NCBI GenBank assembly: GCA_050250895.1
Contig: JBFWNU010000003.1
Span: 256,001 to 320,000 of the forward strand
Direction: 5' to 3'
From: Vulcanimicrobiota bacterium
GTDB taxonomy: Bacteria > Vulcanimicrobiota > Xenobia > Xenobiales > JADMJV01
Length of the DNA stretch: 64,000 nucleotides
The notes under the pieces were generated by a model. The model was given only the letters and a program-made list of their open reading frames with translations. It searched no databases and was not told the origin of the DNA. Within the stretch, counting starts at the first letter, position 1. Every line of letters starts with the position of its first letter. A program made the position numbers and the translations under genes. Below are positions 62,592 to 64,000 of this stretch, piece by piece.

Positions 62592-63109
62592 CCGAACTGC
62601 TCGCGATAGCGCCGGTCGAGACCGTTGTCGGTGAGATACTTTTCAATGCAACCGGGAACCAGATGCTGCCATGGCTCGCCAAGGAGCATGGCTTGGCGGA
62701 CCATGGTGGCGTTGATGGGTTGGCGCTGCTCCTCGGGCACCAGATGGACCGGGTGAACCACCTGATAGTCCTCCAGCAGCAGGCTGCGCACGTAGCCGTT
62801 GGCGGTGATGAACAGATCGAGGGGACCGAGCCGCTCCACCACCATCTGGCGCCAGCGTGGCCCGTGGCCAAGATCGGGAAACTCCTCCACCTCGAAGTCG
62901 TGACCGGCTAGCACGAGCTCGAGCATGCGCCTGGTTTCGGCCACCGTGAAAGGGTTGTCGCGGTCGTAGCGATTGCTGCTGCCGATGCCGATGACCACCT
63001 GGTCGGCGTAGTCGACCAGGGCCTGCAAGACAGCCTGATGGCCGAGGTGGACGGGCTTCCAGCGGGCGATCATGGCTAACCGCCCCACGTGGGCCGGAAG
63101 AATGTTCAT
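62585..63109 (-). CDS. nadM: NadM-type nicotinamide-nucleotide adenylyltransferase
   Basis: RWKPVHLGH (HxGH), IGIGSS, NPFT..E and INATMVR. Confidence 0.8.
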   Translation of the reverse strand: MNILPAHVGRLAMIARWKPVHLGHQAVLQALVDYADQVVIGIGSSNRYDRDNPFTVAETRRMLELVLAGHDFEVEEFPDLGHGPRWRQMVVERLGPLDLFITANGYVRSLLLEDYQVVHPVHLVPEEQRQPINATMVRQAMLLGEPWQHLVPGCIEKYLTDNGLDRRYREQFGC

Positions 63110-63112
63110 TGG

Positions 63113-63472
63113 CTACTTGTGGGCCTGGATGGTGACCTCGAAGTTGGCCTCACGCTCGGCCGTCAACACCACCGTATAGGTGCCCGCGCGCAGTGGCTTG
63201 AGCAGCAGTTTGCGATAGCCGTAGGGGTCGAGGCGGCCGCTGCCGGCCAGGTTGCCGTCGGGGTCGGTGACCTCGAAGTTGGCCGACTTTTGCGAACTTC
63301 TGAAATAGACCCACAGCTCTTGCCCAGGCGCGCCTTCGACCACGAAGACCTGCATCGACCCCGGCACCAGATGGCCCGTGAACGTGCCCCCGTCAGCCGG
63401 CACCGTGGTCGCCGTCTGGGCCATCGCGGCCAGGCTCAGTAGTAAGGATAGCAAAGTGAGTTGAAGTCGCAT
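63113..63472 (-). CDS. Small secreted PPC-like beta-sandwich protein
   Basis: RBS GAGGA; signal peptide; GQEL.V, V.DPDG and GTYTV. Confidence 0.7.
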   Translation of the reverse strand: MRLQLTLLSLLLSLAAMAQTATTVPADGGTFTGHLVPGSMQVFVVEGAPGQELWVYFRSSQKSANFEVTDPDGNLAGSGRLDPYGYRKLLLKPLRAGTYTVVLTAEREANFEVTIQAHK

Positions 63473-63529
63473 GTTCGTGTCCTCTCGCCAGTAGTTTCCC
63501 ACCGATGCGCCCGCCAACCTGCACTTGCC

Positions 63530-63587
63530 GACGACCGGTCGCGGGTCGTGGCTCACCGGTTGCCTGCCCACACTTCCGCGCGGAAGT
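63530..63587 (-). repeat. Degenerate solo copy of the ACTTCC-N4-GGAAGT repeat family
   Basis: ACTTCC-GCGC-GGAAGT at 63572-63587; on the minus strand CACGACCCGCGACCGG resembles CACGACCCTCGACCGG of the 6.6-kb unit. Confidence 0.55.
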
Positions 63588-64000
63588 CAGGATGCGTTTC
63601 GAGGACTGGCGCGTTTGTGTCCTGGAAGTCTTGGACTGCAATCGCAAGCGATGGTCCTTCTGGCTCGTTCGAGCGGAGGCTGTGCAGGCATTGGTCGGGG
63701 GGGTCTGGCGCGGTCTACTGCGGCTGTCGACCCAGTTTCTTGTCCGTCCTCAGGCCCGTGGAGCCGTTCTATCGGTGCCATGGCCCAAAAAGAACCCTAG
63801 TTTCATGACGCTTCGCTGACCACCCCGTAGGCCCTCATGGAATGTAACCACCAGCGATCCCGCAAGAGCAACGAGAGCGCACAACCAACCCAGTGATGCC
63901 CTAACTCGTCGAAGCGACGGGGTGCATACTCGCTGTGTAGTCTCGCATTCATCCACCCGTCCTCACCTCGCCAGGTCTTCGAATAGTCGCTGAATGAACT

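Noticed and set aside
63803-64000. Open minus-strand frame entering from the window edge
   Set aside because: Only 65 codons are visible, with no recognisable motif, so it cannot be called.

Overview
This is 64 kb of a high-GC bacterial chromosome, probably a diderm: it encodes an outer-membrane beta-barrel, lipoproteins and a stalk/AMIN-type protein. I recognised no rRNA, tRNA, CRISPR array, transposase or prophage. In order, the window holds: a truncated NADAR gene; a PelA-like deacetylase next to a TPR/beta-barrel export protein; a 1.8-kb REP-like repeat mosaic that recurs at 55.6 kb; an MNT-HEPN pair; a novel repeat protein; LOG, MoxR AAA+, an FG-GAP lipoprotein and a giant HEAT-peptidase-vWA protein; SNF2+SWIM; several two-component systems; a Wsp-type chemosensory operon; envelope and stress genes; and a NAD-linked cluster. 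Two things stand out. (1) An ORF-free ~660-nt region (18595-19257) lies behind a near-consensus sigma70 promoter and folds by eye into a nested, G-U-rich multi-domain RNA with paired 5' and 3' ends. It is a candidate large ncRNA transcribed divergently from the HEAT-vWA/MoxR genes. (2) A nadM - Ser/Thr kinase - vWA - truncated pyruvate-kinase-like - nadE cluster carries tandem NrtR-type operators. All calls come from reading motifs by eye; no searches or folding programs were run.
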